64,000 nt of DNA from Isurus oxyrinchus (GCA_026770705.1 JANJGN010000140.1:744001-808000); one strand, 5' to 3'. Positions 26,003 through 40,808 are shown, numbered from the stretch's first letter. A program made the numbers and translations. Notes: a model not told the origin generated them from the letters alone.

Positions 26003-27138
26003 TCATTGTGATCATCTTTTTTACTTCGGACCTCGCAGTGACATTGTACCATCAAAATACAATGATTTACAGGCCTCCACCTCTCATCCCTTGTGTAATT
26101 CACCTATCGTTTATTTGCCCTATATACACTATTGTTTACAGTAACGTGTCACAGCGCCAAAATATTTCCTGTAATCCCCATTTGTCATCTGTCAGAGCGG
26201 TGAGTTGACTGTGAGCCGGGAAGTTTTCCCCAAAGATAAGGTCCTGGAGCTCCATCTAGTGGAATAATGCCTGCAAAAAAACGTCTCTCAATTTATTCTC
26301 GAATATTGCTGCATGATATTGCTGCATCATTATTCTGCCACATGTTTTTATGGTTTTTATTTTATTATTATTTCTATAACTTCTCTCTTTATATTATTTT
26401 GCTTCTGCTACTTTTACCATTTAACATTCAGTTCGAGATTATTTACCTCAGTTTTCTGACGTGCCTATGTCATTAAGACGGTACCGATTCACTTGCATAA
26501 ATATATGAATTTCTTGTTCCTAAATTCTTAAATCCGCAACTGATGCGGTTGTGACTGTTCATTTCGGAAGAATGTAAGGCTTGCGCGCAACCTCATCATC
26601 AAAGAAGGCTGTCAACCACATTTCAGGATGCCAAGTAGACGCGAACATAGGAAATAGGAACTGGAGTCGGCCTGTCGGCCCTTCAAGCCTGCTCCGCTAT
26701 TCTATAGATTCGTGACTGATCTGACTGTAACCTCCCACCTACCCCCGGTTACATTTCTTCCCCTTGTTAAGCAAAATTTTATCTGCCTCGGCCTTGAAAG
26801 CATGCAAAGACTCTGTTTCCCCTGCCCTTTGAGGAAGAGAGTTCACTACTTTCTGAGAGAGACAAAACCTTCTCATCTCTGTCTTAAATGGGAGACCCTT
26901 TATTTTTAAACAGTGACCCCAAGTTCTAGATTCTCCCAGAGGAGGGAAGATCCTTTCCAGGTGTGATTTTTATTTTGTACAGTGAGTTAATATGTATGTT
27001 TTATTATAAATAATAAAATTATTTTCATTCCATTAAATTACTCGGATGATGAACTGCTGTTTTTTTGCACAATTGACTTGTATCACGCTCGCTTCTAAAG
27101 CCCATGACCTGATTGTCTCCCCAGTCCCCAAATCGAGT

Positions 27139-27450
27139 AGGGCTGATACAATCTCCTCACCTCCTTGCCTCCCCGTGTTTCATCGCACTGTACTACACCA
27201 CAACATCTGAAACTGAACGGAGTGAACGGTGAGAGTGGTAGAGCTTTTCGCAACGTCCACAAATACTTTAAATCTTCCCTCAATCCTATCATCACTGAAT
27301 ATGGAGCCGAGATGCTCGGGAGCTCGTTTGAAGAAATGGCCGTAGAAGAATATAAGCGTCTGAAAGACGTCAATATGTAACAGCCAGAGATAATGTTCCA
27401 GTCACGTGGTTTTGCGGCCCTTGGGTTGTTGGGAAAGAGGCTTTGTTCTC
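27139..27450 (-). pseudogene. Degenerate TCR V relic
   Basis: A minus frame reads IFFYGHFFKRAPEHLGSIFSDDRIEGRFKVFVDVAKSSTTLTVHSVQ, then SDVVV*YSAMK after a shift. Heptamer-like CACGGGG at 27177-27171; nonamer decayed. Confidence 0.65.
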
Positions 27451-30418
27451 GTGACGTAGAGATGCTGTTTCTGACCCCGTGCACCTTTCTCTACTAGTTC
27501 CCATTGGATCATGTGAATTGTCGAAACGCTCGGAATTTCCTTCACTCTTTGTGGCGGGAAGTGAGCTGAAGGCAATAACTTTTCGGCACTGACTCTCGAA
27601 AGGGACAAGCTTAGCCCCCAGGTCTTTGTAACCATTTGAAACTCTGTTCAAAGCTTTTGTTAAGAATGAAATCCGAACTTTTCAGTTCTCGTGTTGGAAT
27701 TGTGCATTCAACCTCCTATAACTGTAAGATTTTTGAATTTGGTTCGGGACAAAATTGAAAGAGAAACGCATTAGCCCTTCATCACACATCTGTGTGCAGC
27801 TCCTGGGAGCTTTGCCCCTGGAGCTGTTTCAAAGCCGCCTAGGGCGAGTGATTGGGTGAAGTATAGATAACAGGGAGGGAACGAAAGCTGGGCATGAAAA
27901 TCTGCCCTCTCAGCTTTTACACAAATGAGCAAAGGATGTGATGCGGGAAAAGAAACCAAATTCAGGACTGTGTCGGTTTATCATTTTCCATTTCTGCTCA
28001 CTTACGCTTGAAACACTTCTCAGAATTTATGACAGCGATTTTGGTCCTGCTGCAGATAATTCCTCTTGATCTCTTGCCCTTCGTGCTTTGCTCTCAGAAA
28101 CTCCTGTGAGTGAACTTCACTCGATAAGTGGACGTAGTTACGAAAAGGATTCTGAATCATTTCGATAAGCTCGGGGGCCTGTAGAAGAAGGTATTCGTCA
28201 GCAGGTGGCGACATCTGAATGAGAGAGAAACCAATTTTGTTGAGCACTTTGGCGAAAGCAACATCACGTTGTTACCAATACTGGTATTACACAGATTACT
28301 GCTCAGCCTAATATTAAGAGAAAAATTATCGTTAGAAACTATCTGAAGGAGAAGTAATTATTGAGTATATTTGAATCCACACTTTCAGAAGCATGTCACA
28401 GCCTTGGAGTGGGTCGAGGATAGATTTATGGGAATTATACCAGGGATGAGGGGCCTTGGTTATGTAAATAGGTCAGAGAAATTGCGATTGGTCTGCTTAG
28501 AGCAGAGAATGTGAAAGGCTGATGGAATTGACGTGCTTAAATTTATGAGGCCTTTTGACAGAGTTGTTCGTGAGATATTGACACTTCTGGCAGGAGGAAT
28601 GATAGCCAGAGCACTCCGAGTTCAGACAATTCACAAAGAATAAAGGGGAAAATTAGATTTTTTATGCAGCCAGTTGCTATGATGTGAAGTACGTTTCCCT
28701 GTATGGAGAAGGAAGCATTATCAGCTGCCAAAAGCAAATTGCATTTATACAGGAAAGTGAAAAATGTTTGGAGCTCTGGAGAAAGTGGAGAGGGAAGCTA
28801 AAGGAATAGTTTTATTCAGAGTGAGGAAATAGTTCTGCTGAGATGAATATTTTCCATCTTTGCTGTGACATTTCATGATTATGTGAACTGATTTTTTTAT
28901 TAATCAAAAGTTCTATAATTGTGCTCTTGACTTTTTTACCGTGCAATTAGCAAAGGGACGCATAACAGCAATTGCATTACCGAATGCTTTGGCACAATTG
29001 TGGGTGTAATGTATTACCTTAAACCTTTCAGCGGTTTAGCAGCTGAAGCAACTTGACTCGAATTTCACAATCAGTATATTGTGGATCCACCTCAAATTCA
29101 GAATCTGAACATAATTACCAGTATTCCAGTCTGAGCACTAAAAAAGCATTATCTTTTTCGGGACTCATGAGCCTTGTTGGCGTGGGAATTCTAAGATATC
29201 TGCACCCTTTTGAAAATGAATATATAGTATGTAGATGAGTGCAAATGATTTATAGAGGCAATCAGGCTGATGAGTGGCAGGCAGAGGGGCAGCGGCCTCT
29301 CGGAGCCTCGGCCATTGCTCCCTCTGAAAGAAGGAGTTCCGTCACCGGGGATTAATCCTCACTGAGGCTGAGAAAAGACTCACTTCAAATAGAGGAATCT
29401 GAGAGGAAAACATAGGAAAACATAATGACAGAATGGAGCCTTGTAAAACAATGAACACCGGCATCTGGCTCCAATTTAAGCTAATCTAAGATATTTGGAG
29501 AAGGGGCTGTAATTCCCCTCTGAGGAATTACCCACCGATTTGAATTTTACTGGCAAGAGATGATATCAAAGCTGACAAAATGTACCTTTGAATATAGGTG
29601 ACCCATGTTCGGGGAGACGGTGGCATAATGGTGTCACTGGACTGGAAATCCAGAGGCTGAGGGTAATGCTCTGGCGGCACGCGTTCAAATAGCAACTCTG
29701 GATTATAAATCAGTAATATTGACCACGGCCACTATGACCGATTGTTGTGAAAACGTTTCTGGTTCACTAAAGCCCTTGAGGAAAGGAAAACTGGCATCGT
29801 TACCTGGTCTGGCCTACCTGTGACTCTAGAAATATCTCAACGACTATAACTCAACAGACTGAGATGATTAACACAGGATGGAATTTCATTAACCATACGC
29901 TGCGATACACAAGGAGAAGGTTCCCTTTCGCCTCTCCGGGCAAAACTCAAAGTTGTTCTCGTGTTATCACAATGTCATTCTTTCAGAAAGTTTTTTTCTT
30001 TGTTTAAGGTGCAATGGGCAACTGTAGCGCAGTGTGAATACTTCGGTGTAAACGCAAATATTCCAATAGGATTATGTTGACGCTTTCAGTGAGTTTCCAA
30101 ACATTAGCATGAAATAGACCAACACCCATTTAAGTCACCGTTCAATATAACCCCACATTAATGTAATGGGAAAGCTTTCCCCGAACTAAAGACTGCACTC
30201 ACTGAGTGACTGCCTTCTCAGTCCGATACTTTATGACGAGACCAAGATTCTTGATCAAAACAGTACCTAACTGGGAGTTAGATACACACTTTGAGCTATC
30301 ATTGCCCATGGCAGGCCCTCTCACTGCCTCTCCCTGTTGCTCTCGTTCTGTACCATCTTGCCTGCCCTGTGCTATTGGAGACATTGCTGCAGTTGTTCTG
30401 TAACTGCAAACAGGAGCA

Positions 30419-30739
30419 GGTTTTTGTACAGTGACTGCCACCTTTCCTCTCAGTGTGGGGATCTAACGCACAGTAATACAGAGAGGTATCCACGCTCTCC
30501 ATGTTTTCAATCACCCCGTTTCTCCACAGTGGAAAGCCCCAAATCACATCGCCGTTTTTCTCCCTGCCAGCGAATGCTCGCTTTATTACCCAGTCCAGTC
30601 TGAGGCCGGATTTCCGCTTGTACCAATGCAGGGGCATAAATACTGGACATGTCATAGCTGCAGTTTATCTGCACTGAATCCCCACTGAGGACTATTCTCG
30701 AAGCAGGAGACTGCAGCACTCGGTCCGAGAGACATCAAC
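30419..30739 (-). pseudogene. TCR V pseudogene with 23-RSS
   Basis: DRVLQSP...VQINCSY (frameshift) LHWYKR...DTSLYYCALDP, with a TGA just after the acceptor. RSS 30457-30419: CACACTG-23-ACAAAAACC. Confidence 0.9.
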
Positions 30740-31486
30740 CTGTACAAACATCCAAACAATGAGATACGAGAGCAAGGTGATTACAAAAACTAAACATTGC
30801 GAGTTATTGAGGACAGATCCCGTATCTACAAGTTAGCAGCACCAGAATGATGAGTGATACATTCACTGTATCCCAGCAGTTCAATTAGCAATAGGAAAAC
30901 GACACACAACTCACATCAGGAGAACAAGAACTGAGGGAAATACATTGAATGGTCTAATTAATGTCAGAGCCACCAATTAAATTCTTAGTCAGGTGGGCTT
31001 TCTGCTTTTGGATTGGTTGGAAATGGGCATTCTTCACTCACGACGTAATATTGTTGATTGTCTGCTTCCTTCACCCGCGGTTAGTTCTGTAAAGAGCAGC
31101 TCGTGCCTCTTATCCTTGTGGAGAGTAGTGAGGGGAACATAATCTCTTTGGTATGGTGACCGTTGAAATGGACTTTTCTGGCGCCGTAAGTTCAAATACG
31201 GTAAAAATTATTTCCAATAGAATAGGTGGAGCATGTTTAACTCTACCGCGCAGAGAAGTAAACATACTCAGTTCAGCCTGAATAACCCTTTTGTTCTAGG
31301 ATGAATTGAGATGTACAATTACATGCCATAAAGGAGTATGCATATTCAGGATAATCTGAACAACATGTTGAGGATGGATGTGGAACAATATGTGAGTCAA
31401 AACATTTCAGAGAGCAAGTAGACGTGTAGGGATTGTCTGATAGGAGCCTGCAGTAGATATTGCACTGGAGTCTTTGTCTCACAGTG

Positions 31487-31892
31487 CCTCGTTGCACAGA
31501 GATACACTCCAGCGTCTGACACCATGGTTCTGCCAATACCGAGAATGTTATAACTTCTTGTTGGGTCAATAAAGAGAGTGAACCGCCCGTCACTGGAGTT
31601 GCCGCTGATAACAGATAGAATAAATTTCGGGCCATGGCCTTCCAATTGTCTGTACCAGTGGGTGCTCTCCGTACCTCTTGTCATTGCGTTGCACCGGATT
31701 TCAATCGATTGTCCCTCTTGAGCAAACATCTGCTGTCGTTGGTGAATCGCAGCCTCTCCGCCGATCACTGTTGAGCATGAAGGACAGGGAAAAGAGAAAC
31801 AAAGAAATAGCAAAAAAAAAGTTGTAACACCGATTTTCAGCACAAAACACTCACCTAAAATCAAGAAAATTGAAAGTCACTATTTCACTCAT
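31487..31892 (-). pseudogene. TCR V segment (family A, copy 2), short RSS spacer and leader frameshift
   Basis: V exon is open (C...WYRQ...DAGVYLC). Leader is 38 nt versus 37 nt in copy 1. RSS 31486-31455: CACTGTG-16-GCAATATCT. Confidence 0.85.
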
Positions 31893-34800
31893 TGCGTTTT
31901 CCTGGATTTTGGGCCGGGTGGAATTGGAATATTACAGGAAAATCGATTTAGTTTGGAATGATTCTGATGTGCAATCTGTTATATTATTTCCTGCTTGGTA
32001 TGAAGGCAAGTGCCTCATATAATCACCGAGGGAAGGGGAACAATCCAACGATGAGATTTTCGTCTCACTGACACGCCCTCTGGTGGCCCTGTTTCTCATT
32101 ACTTGACACCAAACAACGGTGCCCTCTGAGAACAAGCAGAACCTTTTGACATGGTGAGTCAGTTGACAATATTGGGCCTGGAGTGAAATTCACCCTAGAC
32201 TGGGTGTAATGCAGACCTTTGATGGGAACCAATTCGGTCAACGGTACAGACAATGGCCTTTCACCAACACCGATTTGGTTCGAAACCCAATGGAGACACA
32301 AATTAGGGGCATATATTTTCTGATGGGGAATGGGCACATCAGTTCTGTTGACTCTGGTATGTTCCTGCATTCAAATCGAAGCAATGAATCGAATAACGCA
32401 GCATACGGCCTTGGGTGCAGACTGTTTTAACTTTTACACTGTGGTTCTGGGTCTTGTTGTTGTAGCAGAGCCCTGCACCCGTGTGGCACAGATTGCACTG
32501 GCTACAAAGACACATAATGAACGGTCACCCAATCCAGTTTAATCTCCCGACAATGATATGCAATGGAAATATTTTCAATGCAACACAAGCCACCGACGTA
32601 CCAAACGGGCTAATACTGGTTCTTAAAGGAAGCCATGGTCACTGCAGGACTTGATTACAAAGTCAAGGCTGCAAATCCTGTGTGTTACTGAGAGATTCCT
32701 TCACTATCTGAGATGACATCTTTCGGGCGAAGCTTCAAATAGAGATCCAAGCTACCATTTCTGGTGGATGTAATTGAACTCCTGGCAGCATTCTGAAGAA
32801 GGGAAATTATCCCCAATGTCCTGGATAATGTTTATTCCTCACTCAACATCATAATTAGAAATTAGCTGGTCATTATCACATTACTGCTGGTGGAATGTTG
32901 TTGTGCGCATTCTGGCTACAAAGTTTCTTATACGGCAACAGCGGCTACAGTTCAAAACTGCTTCAGTGGCTGTAAAGCACTTTGACAGATCCATTGCTCA
33001 TGAAACAGGGAGCGACATAGGGGAAATGACTGATAGAGAGAAGGAGACAGCAACACAGAAAGAGATACTGGGAGAAGGACCGAGGGAGAGGGAGAAAGGG
33101 AAACAGAGATTAGGGGAGGAAATGAAGGAGAGAAATTGAGAAAAACAGAGAAAACAACAAGTATAGAGGGACATGCAGCAGAGTAAAGGGGCGGAAGTAC
33201 AGGGAGATAGGCCGAGGCAGAGACAGAGAGAGAATAAAAGAGAAATGAAGGAAGATTGAAAATGAGGGACAGACGACGAGTTAAAAAGAGGGAGAGATAT
33301 TGAGAGAGACGACAGAGCAAGGATGGAACTAGACGAAGATACAGGAAGGGAGGAACACATAGAATCTGATAAATGTAGAGAAACGAATGAAGAGTCAGCG
33401 GGAGAAACAGAGGAAGAGACAATGCGGAAGACAGTGATTAAAATGAAAGCATGAATACCAGGAAAGGGAATTAAATCAGTAACATAGGGAATTAAAACAG
33501 CACGTCATCTGGCAAGAGTTTCCCTTGAAATATATTGCAAGTTGATACAGATTCAATCCAGTAAAACGTAAGTTTAGTTCTAAGATCAAGAGATGAATCA
33601 TCACTCAAACAGTTGCCAGAGATTCACTTGTAATGGCTTTTTCTCTGCTCTTCTGTTGTCCCCCAAGGATCTCTGCTTGGTACCTTTCTATTTCGAATCT
33701 ACATGCTGCCCCTTGGCGGTGTCATCCGAAAATACAATCTCAGTTTTTACATGTACACTGACAATACGAAACTCTACCTCACCACCGCCACCACTGTCGA
33801 CCTCTTCCCTGCTGCTAAATTATCACAATGCTTACCCAACTTCCAGTCCCGACGAGCAGAAATTTCTCCAAACAAATGTTGGGAAGACTGAAGCCACTGT
33901 TTTCAGTCCCCGATTCAATCTCCATTTCCTAGTTAAAGACGCCATCCTTCTCCAATGCAACATTCTGATATTAAGCCAGTTTATTTGCAACTTTGCTGTC
34001 ACATTTAATCCTGAGATGAGTTTCCAACTTCATCTTTGTGCCATTTCTGAGACCGCCTTTTGCCACCTCCATATAAGTGCCGCACTTTGCCCCATCTCAG
34101 CCCATCTGCTGGTGAAACCCCCAACTATAACTTGGTTACCTCTCGACTCAGCAACTGCAAGATGTTCCTGCCTGGTCTCCAACATTCCATTCTCGGTAAA
34201 CTTGGTCTCATTAAAACATCGGCCTTCAGTGACTTGACTATCAGCAAGTCCTGTTTCGTTAATAGAGCCTATGCTCCCTGACGTACATTAGTTCCTACCC
34301 AAGCAACATACTGATTTTAAAATTCTCATCCTTGATTTCAAATCTCTCTCCCCATGGCCGCGCCCCGCCCGATCTCTATCATCTCCTTGAGCTCCACAAT
34401 CCTCCAAGATCTCTGTGTTATTCCCATTCTGCCCTCTTGAGCATTCCCGAGTAACAGAATTCAAAACCGAGGAATTAGTTTTGTATTTACCAGAGGAAAC
34501 TGTCGGGGCATTTCTAGACGGATGAAATAAGATGGGACGAAAGGCCTTCCTCATTCCCCAGTCTTTTGACTGATCTGCTGCAGGCAACATCCAAAAAACG
34601 ATGATGCAGCGCCGTCTCGTGTCGCTGTGAGGTAAATGGCAACTGCCTGGAAATTCAGTAATGCCTTAAATTACTGAAGGATTTGGTTGCATTATTCTGT
34701 CGCATTCTTCTTGTTCATATTATTCTTACTATTTTTCGTGTTGCTCAGAGAGTCTATGTTCAAATGATCAATGCATGTATGTGTTTCAAGGGTTATATTT

Positions 34801-37512
34801 ATACCCAGATGATTCACTCATTCTGAAGATAAACAGGGCTGAATGGGTGCCCCAGAATCCGTCTTTCGTAATGCTTCAGGAAAGGCAGATCTTTACTTTG
34901 AGCTGCACAGTTAATTGAAAACTGATTCAACATTGGTCTGGTACATCCAGTATCCGGGGAAGACCCGAGACATTTACTTTCAAGCGACTGGCAAAAAAGG
35001 CACCTCTTATGTTTGTTCATATGACCGTTTGTAACCTGTGCCAGTATCAGAGAGCTTTCTTACATATTATACTCCCCCTCGGCATCCCAATATGTGAAGC
35101 CTGCCCCTAGTTCATGTTTATTCTTTAACATCGGAAGAAAACTATCAAAAAGCCTTTAAAATTCTGTTATTTTCTGTCAAAATCGAAACCTGATACACCC
35201 CACGTTCCTTTCTGGTGATGTTATATGGCGAGTGTATGTTCAAATAGTCATTGCATATTTCATGTGTTACACCCAGTCCCCGACTTTGTCAAATTCTATA
35301 TTTTGTTACAGGAACGAGTGGCGCAGAATCTCCCCGAGTTTGTCTGAGTTAGACGTCTGGAAGAGAGGTTCGTAATGTTAGGCTTTAGTTGCTGTTCCTC
35401 CGAAAAGCTTTCTCTGCCTCTGTTCAAATATCAATATTCCGGATGAACTTGGAGACCCTTACCGAGGAGAGAGAGCTGTGGACATAAAGAAATGGCTCAA
35501 GATTTCCCAGACCGGTTCCCTTTGATGTGCACAAGGGCAACAACAACAATAAAACTGTTTGAAAAGCCAATCTGCCAATATTTGATCTCAGTTGGCTTGG
35601 GGTCAGGATTCCCACGCGTAAAAGAGCCAAAGAGCACTGAATAAAGCCTGGAACACTCACTCAGGTTTTTGTACGGGATCTTGGCTCTTATCTGACGCTA
35701 TGCCTCACTGCATTGTAATTGACCGGCCCGCCCACCACACTCAGGCAGTTAATATTGAGGTAACTGGACTGTTTAGACTTGTCAGCAGCCACCAGATATC
35801 GTCCTGAGATTTCGAATCACTTTAGTGTTGTTGCTTTGCTAATGATCCAGCTTGGAGGCTTTTTTTTTGCCGATGCTATGGTGTATATCCATGGTTTTGT
35901 ATTCGCAATATAACTTCACCAAACCCCTTCTGACACGTTTATTGCCATTGGATATTGTGTTACAGGATCTGCACATTGTCCGTCTGTGATAGAAAGAGGA
36001 ACAAAAGAGCAGCAGATTAAACAGGATCGATCTAATTCTGTGTCTAGCTGTGTGAATTTGTATTAATTCCCACCTCTCAACTATCCATAATATCCATAAT
36101 ATAGGATCGCAAACAACATTAAACTCCTGTACAAGCTGCAATTGCATCAATCTGCTAACGTGTCTTGATTACCAAAATCGAGTGTTTACTGTCCCAGAGA
36201 GTGGCTAGTATTATCAGAAACATGTCTGATTGAAACTCGGTCAGTGAATGTGAATGGACTGAGTCAGAGGTTGAGAAGGAGTTCCCTCACCCACAAACTA
36301 TTCAGCTCATTGTTCCGCACACATACTGCAGGGGGCCAGGCCCATTGTGACCTCACTCTGGAAACCGTCCCTATTGGCTTTACCGTTGGTGACACGTGAA
36401 TTTGCGATGCCCTTGGCGCCCTCTGCTGATGAATTCTGTTCAGTCCGGTTTAGAATGGGGTCATTGACTAGATTTCTTGATTTACATGTTAAAGCGCGAA
36501 TGTCAGACAATATCTCTCAGAAGTCTAACTTGGACCTGATTAAACACTGTCAGTATTGTTTCTCATGCTAATGCCAGAAAGTGATGACAAATGTGGGGAC
36601 ATAGTGGAGTATTAATAATAACACTGGTCTAACAATTCAGAGGCCCAGGAAAGTGTTCTGGGAGCATGGGTTCTAGTCCCACCATGGCAGCTGCAGGAAT
36701 TTAAATTCAATTCATTAATCTGGAATATAAAAACAATCTCAGTAATAGTGACAATGAAACTATCATCCGTTGTTGTAAGGAATGTAGGGAAGGAAATTTG
36801 TGATCCTTATCTGATCTGGCCTACATGTGACTCCAGACTCATAGCAATGCAGTTGACTCAGAAATATGCAGTTTTCGGACAGTTAGGCTTGGACAGCAAA
36901 TATTGGCTTTGCCAGGGGGCGCCCCATTACAGTGTCCAATCCTGGGCATCACGAATTAGAAATGAATGTAAGGCCTTTGGAGGAAGTGTGAAAGCGATAC
37001 ATCAGAATGGTACCATGGGTAAGGGCCTCAGAGAAACCGGGATTGTTCTCCGTAAATCCTCTTCTTCAGCTGTCTAGCCGAAAGCACGTCCAACTCACAC
37101 AACATCCTCCACATCCTAGGACGCTTGTTCCTATCAGCCGTTGCTTGCTCTAAAATTCCATGATTCGAGTCCTTTCCTGTCCCTCCCACTATTTTTCTCA
37201 GTCACTTGAACAGTGAGCAGGTGCAGGATGGTCAGGGACTTATGGGGACTCAACTGTCACTATTTCTGCTCCATGAGTTCCGAGTGCAGCTGAGAGTCAC
37301 GGCACATTTCACTCAGTTTTGAGTCTACAGTATCACCACCCACAGCTTCCGGTTGCTGCTGTCGCTCTGACCTGATTGTGTTATTGGAGAGGTCGTTGCT
37401 GCTGATCCATTCCTGTCATTGGCTGGATCAGCAGTGCAGTGGAACGGGGAGATGTATTTCTGCTCCGACAGAGGACCTCTCGCTCTGCAGAGTTACTGAC
37501 TCAGGAAGTATC

Positions 37513-38017
37513 ATGGGGAACAGTCTAGCTCCTATCCCCATCATTATGTCACTTGTCAGTAAGTGTTTCCTTCCCAGTAAAACTTCATTCTCCTCCTAGC
37601 TGCTACTACCCAGATGTTATTGTTGGTAAAATAATAATGATGGTGTTGATGATGATTATGTTGATTAGTATGGGGCTGATACTGATTGTCGTTTTTATTA
37701 TTATTTCTGTTAGAATGGAGTCATCAAGACACAGTGGAGCAGCCGGTTGACGAAATAACTGCTGAAGAGGAAAGTAATGTCACACTAACTTGCACCTTCA
37801 AAACAAGTGATTCTAACCCTTATGCACACTGGTACAGTCAGCGCCCCGGGAAACCTCCAATGTACATGTTTCGTCTTATTGGCCAGAGTGTGCAAAGGGA
37901 CACCCACCTCAATGATCGGTTTTCTTCCACGTTGAATAAAAATAACAAGATTACCGAGCTAACGATCAGTAACACATTGACACCCGACAGCGCCGTGTAT
38001 TTCTGTGCCATGGAGCC
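37513..38017 (+). CDS. TCR alpha/delta V segment (WSH family), apparently intact duplicate of 6445-6949
   Basis: Leader 37513-37558, V exon 37714-38017. RSS 38018-38057: CACACTG-24-ACAAAAACA. Confidence 0.92.
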
Positions 38018-38856
38018 CACACTGCTGCAGAGATATAGCGGATCCCGTACAAAAACACTCACTGGCAGTACCACCATGTGTTCACCAGAGGGCGCGCACA
38101 CACCGGTAATTCAGTTTCCACAGTGAGAGTAACAGGGAGATTCTGAAAATTGCAACAAAACACAGGACTCAATAGCAGCAGCAGGTGAGGTCCACTTGCA
38201 CAGTCATATTGGTTTGTGATTGCACGTTGTATTTTTATTAGATATGAGATTGAAAAATTGGTCTGCGATGCCTTATTTCCCCTTTTTGGTTTTCGACACC
38301 TTTCCCTTCCTAAATGTTTCTTATCATTCGTGTCTTCAGTCTTTTCTGAAAACTGCATACATTTCCTTTTTCCCTCACTAATATAAACGTTTAAAGCTTT
38401 TTCTACTATCTTATACATTAATTCAGAACCACTCCGAAACCTGTTGCTCATGTATGCGGTCCTGGTTTCAATCCGCATCGCTGATGAAGATGACGCTTAC
38501 TATTGAATAATTTACTAACTCTGACTCTGCTTTTGCGAGCCTGCTGGCCAGCAATATGGAATGAAGATTAAGCTACAGTTCTTACAGAGAGGAATAGTTA
38601 TATAATTTTCGATGTTGTGATTATTATTGAGTTCAGTTCCTTGTAGATAAATCCTACATGTGACAATGCTGTCTGCAGTAGCCCCGCGCACAGCTTCCTT
38701 CTGCTGTTCTCGCTCTGACCTGCCTTGGCTTCCCTGTTTCATTGGAGAGATTGTTGCCGCTTTTCCCTGTTTGACATTGGTTGGATCAGGAGTCCAGGGT
38801 ATTTCTACCCTGACAGAGGATTCGTGGACAACAGAGTAACAGATGCAGGGAGCATC

Positions 38857-39313
38857 ATGTGGGACTATCTCAGACCATTCGTTATAATGTCACTTCTCAG
38901 TAAGTATATTTCCCAGTACAAAGTAATTCTCCCCTTGGCTGCCGTATCGCAAGCATTATTTATGGCAAAATGCTTGTCCTGATGATGCAACGTTAAATAT
39001 CGTCATTGTCTATGTCAGAATGGAGTCATGACAATTCAGTGGAGCAGTCGGTACCTGAAATGACAGTTAAAGAGGAAAGGAATGACGCCATAAATTGCAG
39101 ATTGAAAACAAGCGATCCTAGCCCAGTGTTACAGTCAGCAGCCGGGCAGACCCCACAGTTTGTGATTTACCTCTGTGGGGGGATAGCAAAGCGGAAGCCA
39201 AACTTTACAGACCAATTCTCTTCTACGTTTAGTAAAGCTGCCAAAGCTACTGAGTTAACGACTAGCAATGCCCTGTTCTCCGACACCGCCATGTATTTCT
39301 GTGCCATGAGCCC
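38857..39313 (+). pseudogene. Trp-less TCR V segment, duplicate of 7802-8258
   Basis: Leader 38857-38899, V exon 39019-39313. RSS 39314-39353: CACAGTG-24-ACAAAAACC. Confidence 0.88.
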
Positions 39314-40808
39314 CACAGTGCTGCAGAGGTACAGCGGATACTGTACAAAAACCCACACTGGGAGTTCCGGTTAGAGTCACTAGAGGGCGCGGCCGCACCA
39401 ATAAAACGAATGCACTAAATCAGCCACCACGTGAGATTCACAGGGATTTTTAAAAACTGAAATGAAGCACAACACTGAACAAGGACAGGCGAGTTCCACT
39501 TGTAAAATTATTTCAAAAGTTCACATCTATAATAAAAATAAAATTTACAGATACACCTGTCGAACCTGAACTGGCCTTTTGCCTTTTAATGTATTTTGCC
39601 TTTCCCTTGCCTTTCATGGCTTGTCTTCACTTTTTACTCAGAACACTTCCCCCATCCTTGTTGCAGCCTTTAGTTTAATTATATAAAACCTTTGCTTCTG
39701 CTCAGAATATTAAGTCGGGACCGCTCAAACGAACAATACGACAATGAATTGTCACATCAGGTCAGTGCTGAAACACAGAATCTCTTGTAACCTGATGAAC
39801 GGCGCCCGAAAATTTCTCAGAGCGCCCAAAAGAGGGCGTCCGATCGCAATAATTCTAACTGCACTAATGGTGGAAATGGGTGTTAAAGGAACGCAAGACA
39901 AACTAAAAACTTATGTGGTTTATTTCTTTTTCTGCTCCACTGCTTTTTCCTAACCCTGCTAAAGTTGTAAAAACAGTCCTGCTGGTGTTGTGTTCCTGTT
40001 CATGAAAACCCGCTCGACACTTCACTCTGGAGGCTTTGAACCCGCTCGCTGCGCTCTGTTCCCAAACACTTTAAACTGATGAGAGGCAAATTGCAAAAAA
40101 AAGCACAGATGCGCCGGACCCCAAATTCTCTCTCGTCACAAATTCTAATCCTCTAATTTTGTAGATTATGGATGCTTAGATTAATCATCACGGACACAAC
40201 TGATGTCAGAATTCAATAGAACAAACTGAAACAGAATTTTAAATGCAAACTTTAAAAAAGAGGGTAGTTCTGGTAACATTGATTAAATCACAGCCAGAGT
40301 TTATTATTTATTTTACTCAGTTGTATGTTCAGTAACAGCAGATATCATCTTTCAACATAACGAATCTAAAAACTACTCTGGAAAAATGCGAAATGATTGT
40401 TAGTTCACTATTTTATTGATTGAGGAGGGAAACCTCACTGGAGTCACAGTTACCTGTGTCCTGTTGGTAAGACTACTGGAACTGGAGCTGAAGGATTCAC
40501 GCCAGAATAACAAACACTATCAGCAACTTTATGTTCCCGGTTACAGTAACTAAACAAGGGTTTCAGTCTCCTGCCTCACGTGTCTAACTGCGAAACCATT
40601 TCGCCTATAAGAACACTGACTGTAGCCCAGTTCGGGATGTTTCAATGCATTGGGAGCCAGCTCACCAACTGGCGTCCAGACATCACCACTGGGGGCACAG
40701 GTACTGAGATGAGAGCATCCTGAGACAGGACAGCAGATTATTAAGGCTGGGGTTTAGAACGGGTATCTTCAAATAACCAACTCCCCTTTTAAAGAGCGGA
40801 CAGCGACA

